This document shows, one piece after another, positions 1-13,603 of a stretch of DNA of 64,000 nt. The notes under the pieces are model-generated. The model saw only the letters and a list, made by a program, of their open reading frames with translations. It had not been told where the DNA came from and did not search any database. The translations under genes and the position numbers were made by a program. Source of the DNA: Eledone cirrhosa (lineage: Eukaryota). Location of the stretch: contig OZ024745.1 in the NCBI GenBank assembly GCA_964016885.1, forward strand, positions 117,180,001-117,244,000, read 5' to 3'. Positions within the stretch are counted from its first letter, which is position 1. Each line of letters starts with the position of its first letter.

Positions 1-123
1 TATGTTGATGCCCTAAGGACAGACACTGGTCTGTTTGAGACGCAGGACATGGCAGTGATAATGAGGGACAGAAACCGCTGGAGAGAACTCGTCCATGGAT
101 CTCGGGAATTTTACCCGCCATAG
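1..123 (+). mobile_element. 3' end of an RTE-clade LINE ORF, followed by a microsatellite tail
   Basis: Frame 1 reads YVDALRTDTGLFETQDMAVIMRDRNRWRELVHGSREFYPP*. The first ~55 nt nearly match the reverse complement of the RT-bearing fragment at 15462-16232. Confidence 0.8.
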
Positions 124-129
124 ATAGAG

Positions 130-157
130 GTGTGTGTGTGTGTGTGTGTGTGTGTGC

Positions 158-190
<33 letters not shown>

Positions 191-218
191 TATATGTGTG
201 TGTATATATGTGTATGTG
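130..218. repeat. (TG)n/(TATG)n microsatellite
   Basis: Direct reading. Confidence 0.95.
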
Positions 219-682
219 AGGTCACCAGTTGGTGCTACTGGTAACATGTATCCCAGTTCAACCTGTCTCATGGTCGGGTCGTTGGCGACTAAACTGGCAA
301 CCCCACCAAGGTTTCTTGGTGAGGAGGGTGATTTTGGACATCCTGCGGGACTAAAAACAAAACCTGTCAAAGGGCAAAGGAGCTCTTAAGAGTCAATGGC
401 CATCCAAAATCACCGGGAGAGATGACCCCTTAGTCTTTGTCAAGGCAGAATTCTAGGAGAAGGAAAACTCTGATATAACACCTGCAACCCTGATGGTATC
501 CAATGATGTTGACTTGGTCTTCTTTTTGGTAAATATCATCTTGGTTAAGAGAGTGGGACTGGCTTTGTGCAGTGCCTTTGCTCACTATAAAAGCTTCACG
601 GCACAGGCATTGCTTTATATCTGGAGATCTCTCTGCACTTGTCGTCACATGGTACCATGGGCCCAGCACTGTGTCAATAATT

Positions 683-822
683 GTCACAAGTGTAGTGTTT
701 GTACCAGAGTTTTCAAGTCGCTGGCTGGACTAAAAAGTCACACTCGTTCAGCGCATCAGTAGGGGTTCTCTTACATGGATATAAAGTAGTGGCCGTACTC
801 GAAAACGAGTTGGCAGCCACCA
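683..822 (+). mobile_element. 3' terminus of an RTE/BovB-like LINE: C-terminal C2H2 finger plus terminal stem-loop
   Basis: [25 protein letters not shown], then a short 3' UTR with the hairpin ACTCG-AAAA-CGAGT, then a (TATG)n tail. This layout is typical of RTE 3' ends. Confidence 0.7.
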
Positions 823-917
823 TATGTATGTATGTATGTATGTGTATATAATATATATATGTGTATATAATATATATATGTGTGTATGTATGTATGTGTA
901 TATAATATATATGTGTG

Positions 918-949
<32 letters not shown>

Positions 950-1021
950 TGTATGTATATGTATGTATATATATGTATGTATATGTATGTATATATATGT
1001 ATGTATATGTATGTATGTATG

Positions 1022-1053
<32 letters not shown>

Positions 1054-1370
1054 TGTATGTGTATGTATGTATGTGTATGTGTGTATGTATGTGTATGTAT
1101 GTATGTGTATGTATGTGTATGTATGTATATGTATGTGTATGTATGTATATGTATGTGTATGTATGTATGTGTATGTATGTATATGTATGTGTATGTATGT
1201 ATATGTATGTGTATGTATGTGTATGTATATGTATGTATATGTATGTGTATGTATGTATATGTATGTGTATGTATGTGTATGTATGTATATGTATGTATAT
1301 GTATGTATATGTATGTATATGTATGTATATGTATGTATATGTATGTATATGTGTGTGTGTGTGTATATAT
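823..1370. repeat. Compound (TATG)n/(TGTATGTA)n microsatellite
   Basis: Direct reading. It explains the Y/I/H/T and M/Y/V/C ORFs here. Confidence 0.97.
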
Positions 1371-1526
1371 AATGCTAGCATGGAAGATAGATGTTAAACG
1401 AGGATGATGATGATATTAATGTGTAATCTGGTTTAGTTTCAAATATAACATTGGGGAAATATTAAGTTTCCAAGTAGTATAAATATGGTTATCTTATTCA
1501 ACTGGAAATGTTTTCTTTATTGCTTA

Positions 1527-1597
1527 CTCTCACTCTCTCTCTCTCTCTGTCTCTCTCTCTCTGTCTCTGTCTCTGTCTCTCTTTCTCTCTTTCTATC

Positions 1598-1652
<55 letters not shown>

Positions 1653-1708
1653 TTCTCTATCTTTCTCTCTCTCTTTCTCTCTTTCTCTATCTCTCTCTCT
1701 CTCTCTCT
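1527..1708. repeat. (CT)n microsatellite
   Basis: Direct reading. Confidence 0.97.
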
Positions 1709-3048
1709 GCTCTAACATTCATCCACATTCTGTCTTCCCTAATCTCTCTTACACTAAAATTATAAATATCTTATTGAGAGCTTTATAGTTGGGGGGCTTT
1801 TTTTTTAATAATCTATCATGCATATTTTAGAAATCATGTGACATATTACAAAAAAATTGATATGGGATATTTTTTCCATGTCAAAGTAGTAAATTTTTTT
1901 TTTTTTTTTCTTCTATTGGTAAGCCTTTTCCAACAACAATATGCTGTTAATCTAAGCAATAGCTATAATTGTAGATTTGTTATTTTTTTTTAATTCTGCT
2001 GTTTTACAAGGTGAAGTTTTTAAAAATATACAAATTGCTGGCTTCTTGCTCTAACTCAAAATGTCTTTTTCTCTCATGTGTGGAAATATGTTTTTTTTTT
2101 TAATTATCAATAATTCTTTCATGCTAAACATTAATATATAGCATATATATAACATATAAGATTACCTAACTCAGTATTTTTCTATATAAAACAATATATA
2201 AAGCCATATACATTCAACGACATTAGACAGCCATAATCATCGATAAGTCTGAAATAATTTATTTCAGAGTCCCTGATGAGTACTACTGCCATAATCTTGA
2301 CTTATGAGAAAATAATCTTGTTTCTCAATACATAATTATAACAGATTCTACACACTTCTAACACTAATTGTGTACTTTTCATTTTTGCACAGTAATATAA
2401 ATAGTTTTTGTGTGTGAGTGAAGAGATATATTCAAAATTCATGTGCAAATACAAATTTTAATATTTTGTTTTAATGTTAATTTTATTTCCATATGACATA
2501 ACAAATATATGATGGTATGGCAAGACATCTGCAGTGATCTTCATATATGGCAACTCCCTTCTCAACCACTTGACTCCACATGTGATGCCATTCTCTTCCA
2601 TGATAGCCATGAAATTTCATAGCTAAAAATTGTGCAGAAGCTAGTAATGTGTGTATGTTAGCAGAGGATGAAACAGCACATTGAGCAGCCATTAGTTTGT
2701 GGTCTTTCATTCTTCTCTAGCTATATCACTTTGTAGCCAGATTCACTTGGCTCTTTTATGAAGTTGATAAAATAAGTACCAGAGAGTGTACTGTGGTTGA
2801 TATAATTGACTAAAATTCTTGCAGTGTCCAGGCATGGCTACTATCTAATAACTAAAAACAGTGAAAATAAATAAAAGAATATATAAAGATCACGGGAAAT
2901 ATCTTATTGTAAATACAATGGTACTTCTTCCAGGTCTCTGCCTCTTTTATTTTTCATGCAAATACTATTATTTAAGAGTAAAAATTGATAATTGAATAAA
3001 TTCAAGAAATTCTTTCATCCTGGTTGAAATATAAAAACAACTATTACT

Positions 3049-3409
3049 TACTCTCAGGTCCCAAATAATTGTGGAGGGTGGGGGGATCAGTAAAGCTTTT
3101 TTAGGTTGTCTCCTTTGATTTTTTTTTTTTTCTAAAAACCAGAATTAGTCCTTTAGTTTACATATTGAGACTCCAACCCATCCTATTTATTTCATAATGT
3201 ATGGGATTTCTTGTAATGCTGTTTTTTTGTTTGTTTTTTTCATGTATGTTTTTTTTTTAATGTCTAAAGAAAATTATCAGAAGAATGCTACCACTTAAAA
3301 TAAAATTTCGCTGGAGATAGATCAGCAAAATTCAATAAGAGGTGGGGTTGGAAAAAATCTGAAAAATTACTAAGCAGGGGATGGGATGATTATTCGAGAC
3401 CCAACAGTA
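3049..3409. mobile_element. Degenerate MITE-like element with TA ends
   Basis: Left end TACTCTCAGGTCCCAAATAA versus reverse complement of right end TACTGTTGGGTCTCGAATAA, with G-rich subterminal tracts. Confidence 0.5.
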
Positions 3410-6400
3410 ACTAGGATTTAGATTTTTTATTTTTTTATTTTCAAATAGTATATATTTTTGGCTGCATATTTTATCAAACAACACCTGTTATTGTATTCAC
3501 CAACAGCCACAATCTGCTTATTAGTGATTCTTTTACCTTTAGATTATTTATTTACAGACAACTGCTCTCACATCTCATTAAAATGTTGCCTTCACTGCTT
3601 CTGTCATTATACACCATGACAACAAAAGCAACATTCACTCTCTCTTTCTCTCCTGTGTATACCTGTTAGTTCAGAGATTCTAGTCTAATAGATTTACAAC
3701 AAATAGTATAACATTACTGCTTATATGCACTGTTTGGTGTGAATTAGTTTTAGATACTTTGTAATCACCTACATATCAAAGCAGTCATGAAATTAATAAA
3801 TTATTTCTAATAAATTTTGCTTTTCTTTGTTCTTTTTTTTTTTTCATTTTATTTTTTTAATATGTTCTGATGAAATTTATATTTCAGTTGCTTTCTCCAC
3901 TTCTAACCAAATTTATTTAAATATATTTCAGTATTTCATGTTGTGGTATGGTGTAGTGTGTGGTGTGGTGGTATAGTGTGTGGTGTGGTGTAACATTTAT
4001 GTAAAATCCCTACTAAAGATGGTAGAATGCTAATCATTGTTTAGATTAACCTTTATGACTTCCACATCGAAGTTCTAGTTTTATGTGTTATTCATTTTCT
4101 TCTGAGAGAAAAATGAAACAATTCAATTGCCTCTACTTCTTTTTCCCCCAGAGTTGTTTCAAGCTAGTTAGATCAATATCTATATTTCCCTTTAGAGTCA
4201 AAATGATTGAACACCAGACTAATACCTTACAGCATTTCATTCTGTCTTATGTCAAGTCCTCTTGAATTTGAATATGTCTTTTATCTCTCTCAAGACTTGA
4301 TGGGGAAAAAAAGTTCCAATAATATACTAGGTAATTGACTATAGTGCCTCTCAGCAAAAAATAGACCTTGTACCTATTTAAAAGAATTATTTTTTCTATT
4401 CTTTCTCTTTAAAAACTCATCTCCTTCAGATGATATCTATAATTTCATATGTATCAGTAGTAATAGCTTTATTTTAGGTTGTACAGAATGTTTGATATTA
4501 AGGTATTAAACTGTATTTATATTTGAAGCTGAGAAATTTCATATATATATCAAAAAGAAACTTAACTTGATTCCCTGCAGCAAGTAACTGACAGTCTCAA
4601 GAAAAGGAAAGGCATCCAATTTAATTCTTCTCTCAAAGCATTGTGTTGATTTTACAATGGAGAAAATATCAGTTGAATTCCTCTATTATATTACTGGTAT
4701 ATTATTTACCTTTAAAGATAAATTGCAAAATCAACCATAACAATGTTTGAATTTACCTGTTATGCCAGTGCACATTTTTCATATTCATATCAATGCAATA
4801 AGTATAAGACAAAATAGTGGTATCAATATAATCAGCTAAAAGCCCTTGGTGGTGCTCCAGAATGGCACAATACTATGCCTGAGACCAATAAAGGAGGAAA
4901 ACTAGATTTGGTTAGCAATTTGATGTTAATATATGTATATCAAACCATAAAACACTAAAGATTGGCATTGACAGAATTGACATTATAAATTCTTTATTGA
5001 TAACATTTTAATTTGTAATAAAATTACTCTCAAAACATTTTCATAGTAAAAGTTATCAATATTTTATGCAATCTTATGTCACATTTGATAGGATTTATAT
5101 CTATGTTCTTACAAGTGGTTTGTGGTGTCTGAAGGGATAGCCTTCACTGTTTTCACATAACTAAGTTAAAACAGCTGTTTGTGGCAAAGATTTTTGCCAT
5201 ATATCATTTCAGCATGAAAGTAACAGCAATATTCCATAATTCCTTCAATGACTAGTGTACCTTTCTGAATGCTTTTGGTTTCATGGATAAATTTTCTCAA
5301 ATGGCGCTTACTATTGCCTACTGCAAGGTCATAAATAATCTCAACAGAACAGTCTCATTAGGAAGTACATTACATTGCCTGAAATTGCACCTGGTTCTAT
5401 GTAAGTCTTTAAGTTATGCTTCAGCTTAATAATGAGAAAGTTTATCTTACTAAATACACTCTTCCAAATTCTTCATTGATATCAAAATGATTTGGAAATG
5501 ATAGACAGTGCCCTTCATTAGAAATACATTAATGAAAGGGCACTGGTGCAGATTGAGCTGAACTGAATCATTGGCTGTAAAACCTTTTCATGACAAGTTG
5601 TAGATCATTAACTCTTCAATTGGTAGATTGGATCTCAGGTGGTCTGTTAAATATTACCACAGGTGTTCTGTTAAATATTTGAGTCTAAGTCTAAAGTCTG
5701 TCTCAAGCCAGGAGGCTCATCAGGCTGGTACTTATCCTGGTTTCATGGTGTGAAGTGACTGAGAGTACAAGACTTCTCCCTGGAGAGGATGCTTCTCCAT
5801 CGCAGGGTAAACCCCCAGCTATTGCTGGTACTCATTTTCAGCTGTGTGTACTGGTATAACATGAAATGGAGTGTTTTGCTCAAGAACACAACACACAATC
5901 CAGTCCAAGAATTGAACCCACTACATTATGATCATAAGTCCAACAACTAGGTCAGGTGCCTCCACAAATATTTGAGTAGTATAGCTAATTTTACTTTGCT
6001 TCACTTGTCCTAGTTATCCATATTAGGCTCCAGATCCTGTTTAGAAGGTTTACCTGAGATAGACCATCATCTTCCAGAGTGGGGATTTTTTGCAATTGTT
6101 TATCCACTTGATATCATAAAACCAGAGCTGAGTTCTGGATCTTAAAATTTCCTTGAGACTCTGTACTGATAAAATTAAATCTTAAAGAAGCTAAAAAGGT
6201 AGAAAAAAAACCTGTTTTCCACGGATAGGTTATTCAGCCCATCCTTTGAATATGTATTTTCTGTAACACTATAAATCTGTATTACAATTAAGAAGCAATA
6301 TCTTCATCTCCCCCCACAAAAAAAATTATATTATCAGTGTTAATTATATCATCAAAATGATGTGAGCAGTGTGATTGGCCATTGATCTTTCAAAGTCTTT

Positions 6401-6988
6401 CTTTTGAAGTACAGTATATCAGGAGCTCATTGAATCCTTCTGTTGAACTTGATAACTGATAATCAATATGCACTGATCTCTTCTAACAAAGGGAAAATTG
6501 TTAACAGAAATATTAGTTTAGTTTTGTTCTAAAATATTCTTTTTTGCTTTTGAGTAACTGAAGAGTGAACATCCCTTGTTTAGATATAAAAATATGAAAG
6601 CGGAATAAAATGTAAAATAAGCCAAACATTCTGATAACTGCCCCAGTTAATGTGGGATTTTTTAAGATCATTCTATAAAAATATTATCATTAGAATCATG
6701 TCCGTCATTTATAGGCATTAGATAATATTTTATATTGTTTCTTATCTGTATAGTCAACTCCTCTTTAAAATGTTGCCTTGTCATCTTTTATCATTGTCTT
6801 CAACTAGGTTACCTTATCTAAATAGGATTCTGGTGGTTTTATATAAATTTCCTTATTTTTTAATCATTTCTTTGTATTATTTAATTCTCATTAATCCTTT
6901 TTTCATCAGTTATACAGAATATTTCGACATTATTTCACATCTGTTAACAAATATATTATTACATTATATTCTTCTGTCTTTGTAATGC

Positions 6989-7100
6989 TTATTTCTCTTC
7001 AAAATGGGAGCAGTAGTTGTCAGTTATTTCTCCTCAAAATGGGAGCAATAATTGTCAGTTATTTCTCCTCAAAATGGGAGCAATAATTGTCAGTTATTTC
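6989..7100. repeat. 35-bp tandem repeat, ~3 copies
   Basis: Unit TTATTTCTCCTCAAAATGGGAGCAATAATTGTCAG. Confidence 0.9.
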
Positions 7101-8610
7101 CAATAGGGAATTTACTGACTAAATTTAACAGCATTTTAGTTGTTTATTTGACTGATCACTCAACAAATATTAACTCAGAATTTTATTTCTAAATCCTAAA
7201 AGAGTTTGTTTTATGCATTTTATGTTTATCTAAGGATTATGTAACTTTATAACACGTGGACATTCAGAAAAGGTAAAGTCTATATGGCTTACAGTATTTA
7301 CTTTTGTCCCTCTATATTCTACATTCAAATTTTTGTCACAACCAACATCATTTCTTTTGATTCAGGGTCAATAAGGGATGCTTCATTTGATTGTAAACTT
7401 TTTAACAATGTAAGATCTCAATATATAATTTGATAAAATTGTTCAAGATAGAATTAACATTTGTTTATCAGTATGTCAACACATTGTTTTAATTGCATTC
7501 AGGATTAGAATTAATGATATCATTGTAATTATCTCACTCAATAGTTAACTACAGACTACCATCTCTATTAAAATTTCATTAAACATTTAAACAGTATTTT
7601 TCCAAATTGCCATGTTTGCCTTTGCAAAGACACTCTTTATACGAAACATTTCAGAGTTGATTATGAAATACAATCTACATTATTTCTTGGATATTTTGTT
7701 TTCATTCTTAAAAATCTGTGAACATTTTACCTAATTGTGTTTAAGTCCTCCAAACTTCATACAGACCATTATATTTTGTAAAATCTTTAAATCATTTTTG
7801 TAACCTATTATAATACTCAATGTATCACCTTGATTGTTTATGAAATATTTTACTTCTGAAGATTCAGGCATAATTCATGAATGTGGAACATTTTTAAACA
7901 ATTTTCTAAGTATTATGAAATATTTAACTAGACTATATTGACTTTGTTTTTTAATCACTAGGGTTTCATTTTCTGGTTTAGTATATGATTTAAAAGTCAT
8001 TCTTTGTTTAATATTGTAATCTAAGTATTTGTTCAGTCTTCTTGGTTTCCAATCTTGAAATTGTAGTTATTTAAACACTACATGTCGATTTCTTTTTTTT
8101 TTATATATATATATATCTTGGTCACTTGACATAATTTGCTAGTTCATTAAAAATCTGGGTGTTTTTCTTAAGTTCTGTGATAGTTCATTTTTAAGGATTC
8201 TTGTATTTAGATAATAAATAATCACCCTGATTTTTTTTTTTCTCATGAATTCTTTTTTTCTGTGTTTTTGGGGTGGTGGGAGTTTTCTTTTTATTTGGGT
8301 TTTGGGATTTTAAGAATTTTATAATTAAAATATTCTATAACTGATTCCATTATTGCTAATTAAAACTACTATTAGTCTACTTCTTTGGTATTGGTTGAAT
8401 ATTTTAATTATTGTTTCATTTCTTTTCCACACACACACACACACACCTGTGCATTCACCCACCCTACTTTATATTCAATAACTGAAGCAACGACATTAGT
8501 AAATTTCTTTAAGAATAAATATTTTATTGAAATATGAAAAATAAAGACAGATTAAACCAAAATAAGTAAAAGATGTAAAAACTGAAAACATTTTTTCTAA
8601 AATGTCTTAA

Positions 8611-8881
8611 CCCTTTAGCATTTAAACTGGCTGTATCCGGCCAGAATTTTCTCACCTCTTTCTGTTCAAACCGGCTGTAACTGGCCACTCATACTGATGT
8701 TAAGTCACCAAAATCTCATAGATTCAATATTATGTGAGATAATTATGTAGGATAAATCCTTTACCACAAAAATACGATACTATATATAGAATAATGTAAA
8801 TGTTATGAGAGATAATTATGTAAGGTAAAGTCTTTACCACAAAAATACAATAGTATATAGAGTAATGTAAATGCTAAAGGG
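8611..8881. mobile_element. piggyBac-type MITE (TTAA target site)
   Basis: TTAA|CCCTTTAGCATTTA ... TAAATGCTAAAGGG|TTAA. Six related copies occur in the window. Confidence 0.9.
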
Positions 8882-9330
8882 TTAAATATCAGCATATAAA
8901 CATATCCAAATTTAAAACCCTAGCTGTTAGTTACATATTGTTTGTGTGTGTGTGTGTGTGTCTTTTTTTTGTCTTTTTTTCAGAATTGCTATTTCATTAC
9001 TTTCAGTTGTTTTCTTTTCTTTTTCTTTGTTTTTTTTTTTTTGTACTTTTTTCTTCCTTTTTCCATTAAAAACATAATATATTATTTCCTAAAAATCTTG
9101 CTTGTGTGGTACAACTTAGATTAATGTAGCGAAGCTTTTACTTGCTGCATAGTAACTAGCTTAAATGCTTGCTCATCAAGTTAACTGCTGGTGATGCATT
9201 ATTACATGGTCCTGCGGGCTCCTTCAACTATCACAGTGGTGTTATTGTTGCTTCTAATTTGTAGTCCAGATAGAAGGACAAAGGCTTCGTGCTTTCTAAT
9301 CGGAAGTATTCTTCCTATGTCCATTTGCAG

Positions 9331-9577
9331 CTTGTCATCATTTATCAGTTGTGCACCTCGTAGTATTTTTGCTCCATCAGCAACAGGACTGGGGGACAAT
9401 TCCAGTGTCGGTGCACAGCACCAACTAGCTAGTCTGAGCACATTTTATCCCAATCCATCAGCCCCTCCAGCTATTGAGGTGACAGCGCCATCCCCCAATG
9501 TTGAAAAAAAATATGCCAGAGTCCTTTATGATTATGCAGCAACAGATTTAACAGAAATCTCTTTAACAGCTGATGAG
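9331..9577 (+). CDS. SH3GLB1: Endophilin B penultimate coding exon (linker plus first half of SH3). The 5' boundary is uncertain because there are several in-frame acceptors.
   Basis: Ends KKYARVLYDYAATDLTEISLTADE followed by a phase-0 GT donor at 9578. This matches the vertebrate endophilin B motif RKARVLYDYDAANSTELSLLADE. Acceptor ccatttgcag ends at 9330. Probably co-orthologous to SH3GLB1 and SH3GLB2. Confidence 0.85.
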
Positions 9578-11782
9578 GTATATTATAACCCTTAATAATA
9601 TTTATCCTATTGTCAAATATGTTGTTTTCTTTTCCCCACTGCTGCTATGTTCAGAAATGTTACTTCATATAGAAATGACAATGTTGTACTGCTTATTTGT
9701 TCATTTTTGTATGTTTTATTTTATTTTATTGTTTCAATTTTGATCTCTGTGGCTTGTAATGGTTGTGATTATTTGTTTAAAATGAATTATTTAGTATAAC
9801 TATCTTTTATTTTGTATCTTTGAACATGAGATAGTTTTTGGTTTGAGACCTGGTTAAATCATGCTCAATCAGTATGGTCTTTGATGTCAAATCCCATTGT
9901 GTTATGGTTTTATAACTTCAATTTTTCATTAAACCCACCACCTAGTGACAATGGGGCATATTAACTGAAACATTGCTTCAACAAAAAATTTAAAAAAAGA
10001 TAAATTAAAATATTTTTTTAGAAACCATTAGTGATTCTCATTATCAAAGGTACTCTTTTGATTTTTTCCAAACATTCATTTATTGCACTATTTAACCCTT
10101 TCAACCCTATAATTTAATAAGAGAGCTGTAAACTTGAGTAATTATACGTGTAAATACATTTATTGTATGGAAGGTATATAGTTGAATGAATCAACATTAA
10201 ACCAAACACTGTTAACTGATTTTATTGAACCCAAAAGGATCAGAAATATTGATCCTAATGGGGTTGGGACTTAAGCTATACATTCACCCCAACACTGTTG
10301 TCTTAGCTACCCTCATTGCCATTGTATATATTTCTAACCTTTTTCAAAGCCACTAAAATCTAGAGGCAGTACTTAACTCCAAATTCTGTAGCATTAAGCA
10401 AAAGAACTATATCTCCTCTAGGATAAGATGCTAGTCTATTAAAGGTAACATTTTTAAATCAAAGGAAATTAACTGAAAAGCATCCTTGATTCCAGTGATA
10501 CTACTGTTTACAGGGATAAATTATAACAGTATCAATGCCTACTTAATGTGAAACAAATTCCTCCACTAAGGGCTATCTTAACAACTGACATGATATGGGG
10601 CTGGTGATCTCAACTACCTGCCTCTCAGCTAGTAGTTATACTGTGCTATATTAATTAGACTGATTTGTTAGTGCAGTCACTGGCCATAACTGGTTCATTT
10701 TTCAATTACCGGATTCCTGGTTTAGTGGGGTGGGGGTCTGACAATATAACCTGAAGCTGACCTGAAATTTGTAAAATTTGGACTGAAACTGTACTGACCC
10801 CTTCAGATTGACTGTACCTGGTGAATTTTGGTTTCATCTTCACACACTACCAGTGTCAGAGGCCTTGCAATGGGTACTCTAACTTCTCTGACAAAGATGT
10901 CAAAAGCATACAAAAAACTCAGCCGTTCACTCTTTCTCTTTCTAAATACACATACGTACATTGAGCTATGAACACCCACTGAGAGTCTCATATAGTGTAT
11001 CATGTTATTTTGTGTCCTTCCTCTTCAAGCCAAAGCTAACTAATCAAGTCGACACCAGTTTACTCAGACCTTTAGCCTGGCTTGATCAATCATGTCAGCT
11101 GATCAATTTTATTTTGAATTTCATTCAATGTTGTAAGATCGTTGTCATATTTGATGGGAGGAGGAGTTCAGTGCCTCAGTACCCAATATATTACTGGTAG
11201 ATTTTTATTGATTTCTCATACATACACCTACCAGGTGATTAAAGGAAAATTTTATCCTCAGAAATAAGCTGAACAAAATTAAATGCTACAGTTACAGGTA
11301 TAGCTAACGAGTTTGGTCCTATAGCATTCAGGTGACTTGTAAATTTGAAGGGAAACTATATAAACATACATATATTGATATTTATATATGTGCATGTGTC
11401 TGTTTATCTGTTTATATTTGACATCAATGATGTGGGCAGTGATATGTTTACACCCTTCTCAGCAACAGATGTTTGAACATCTGTTGCTCAGCAATAGATG
11501 TTTTACCAGCTATACTCTATTAAAACACGAGGGTTGGTGTCAGGAAGGGCATCCAGCTGTAGAATTCTGCTTCAAAAGTGTTGTCCAACCCATGCCAGCA
11601 TGGCAAAACAGACATGAAACTGATGAAGATAAATGAATTTTAGTCAAATGCTTTGCTATTGCATAATTATATCATAAACATAAGTGCTAACAGTATTGAC
11701 TATATATTAGTTTCATGGAGTTTGAAAGAGTTAATGTATTTATAAAATATTAAATCTCTACATAAATGCAATGTTAAAAAAT

Positions 11783-12470
11783 ACAGATATGGTTTAAATT
11801 TGACCAGGAATTAGCTAAATATTTACCCCCTACCTATTTTACATATATTAAAAATACTATCAATGCCATCTCAACAAAATCTTCCTCTTGTTCTATGAAA
11901 CAAAACCACCTATTTTCAAGGGTTTCTATTTAAATTAAACTCTTCCAATATGATAATGAAATTATCACCATTTTACATCTACTTTTCCTTGCTTGCATAG
12001 GTTGGAAATAATTAATAATTTTAGAAATCCCTCCAATTTTTTATTAATTAATTAAAATACAGTGATCTACACAATAGAAGCACCCAGTACATGCTGTAAA
12101 ATGTTTGGCATTTGGAAAGGCATCCAGTCATAGAAAGCTTATGTCAGTTTGTGTCAAACGACACTTCTCTGTACTCTATAAAATGTATGGCCACATGTAA
12201 GCAGGATGCAGACCCCCTTAACATGCCTGGGAGCTCAGTACTGACTTGGTCTGTGTAGACTCATCCAGCCTTTGCTAACAGGGAAAGCAGAAGTTAAATG
12301 TATTTCATTAAAAGTATAATCACAGAAAGGTTATTTATATCAGCATAATCTAAATTAAGTTTTAGACAATGTGGAGTCTTTTTAAAAAATATACAAACAA
12401 ATTAGCTTTCTTTGATATGTATATTCTTTGATGTATATATTTTTATTGGTCAAATTTAAGCCAGTTCTGT
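11783..12470. mobile_element. Possible old MITE (24-bp imperfect inverted ends) containing LINE-tail fragments
   Basis: ACAGATATGGTTTAAATTTGACCA versus reverse complement of right end ACAGAACTGGCTTAAATTTGACCA. Confidence 0.4.
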
Positions 12471-13197
12471 TCTTTATGTTCACACTAGTCATGCCTTTTG
12501 ACTGAACTCTGCTGACTATTTTCCTAAAGTGTAAAAAATAAAATCCAAACTATATTCAGTCCAATATGTCTATTATTTGTGTGTATGTAAAGCATGTTTA
12601 ACATTTGTATTTACCATCTGTAGTTTTCACAATACTCTTTAAAAAAAGGGTATGTATGACAGGTAGATAGTATTGTTTGTCCTAATAAAAATATCAAAAT
12701 ATTTGAGTAATTTAAGAAAAGTTGGTGATTATGGCAAATTTAAAATAATGTCCTTTGCAGTGACATTTGTTCCATCTAATACCTGAGTATACTAAATTGT
12801 CATATATTGATTATTATATTTTTTAAATTTAGTTTCTAAATTATTTTAATAAAACAAAAAATTAATACATTTAAGCTTTCAGCAATGAATTAAAAATCAT
12901 TTTGTAACTTCATACTTTAAGATTATAAAATTCATATTTTCGTTTTCACTGAAATCATGTAATTATTTATGTATTGAATTATTTTCCACACATGAGAACA
13001 TCTTAGCATTCTTTAATACTAAATTTAATGTGATCTTGACTTAATATGTATTTGTATACTACAGCTTCACCTTTTTACGTCTCCTATATTAAAACTGTTA
13101 GAATTTATCAATGTTTACTTCCTATCCGATCTTTAATTCATAAAAATATTTTCAGATGTATTTATGAATAAAATACTTTAGATATATATTTAAGTGC

Positions 13198-13374
13198 CTG
13201 TGTGTATATATGTGTGTATATATATATGTGTGTGTGTATATATATATGTGTGTATATATATATATATATGTGTGTATATATATATATATGTGTATATATA
13301 TATATATATGTGTATATATATATATATGTGTATATATATATGTGTATATATATATATATATATATGTGTATATA

Positions 13375-13405
<31 letters not shown>
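13198..13405. repeat. (TA)n/(TG)n compound microsatellite
   Basis: Direct reading. Confidence 0.97.
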
Positions 13406-13495
13406 TATTTTAGACAACTGTTTTTTGGTTTTTTTAATCATATTAAATATTTCTTTTACCTTTTTAATTGTCTTACATTTTCTTTCTATTTTCAG

Positions 13496-13603
13496 CTAAT
13501 AACTGTTCATAGCCTTCCTAGCTTGGGAGATGATTATGTGATGGCTGAGAAAGGCCACAATCGTGGCAAAGTTCCTGTTAATTATTTGCAAATCCTAAAT
13601 TAA
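13496..13603 (+). CDS. SH3GLB1: Endophilin B last coding exon (C-terminal half of SH3)
   Basis: Polypyrimidine tract plus ttcag, then [35 protein letters not shown]. Similar to endophilin B C-termini (LITVYSLPGMDPDWLIGERGNKKGKVPVTYLELLS). Phase 0 matches the upstream donor. Confidence 0.93.
   Translation, partial: LITVHSLPSLGDDYVMAEKGHNRGKVPVNYLQILN

Noticed and set aside
493-762. Host C2H2 zinc-finger gene
   Set aside because: A single finger followed by an RTE-type stem-loop and microsatellite tail is better explained as a LINE 3' end.
713-1765. Long ORFs rich in Y/I/H/T, M/Y/V/C or L/S (also 13190-13499, 44097-44487, 62571-63586)
   Set aside because: They are translations of TA/TATG/CT/GA microsatellites, which lack stop codons.
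2268-2279. 12-nt frame-preserving microexon (atttcag|AGTCCCTGATGA|gtacta)
   Set aside because: The donor is very weak and there is no supporting homology. Such patterns are frequent by chance.
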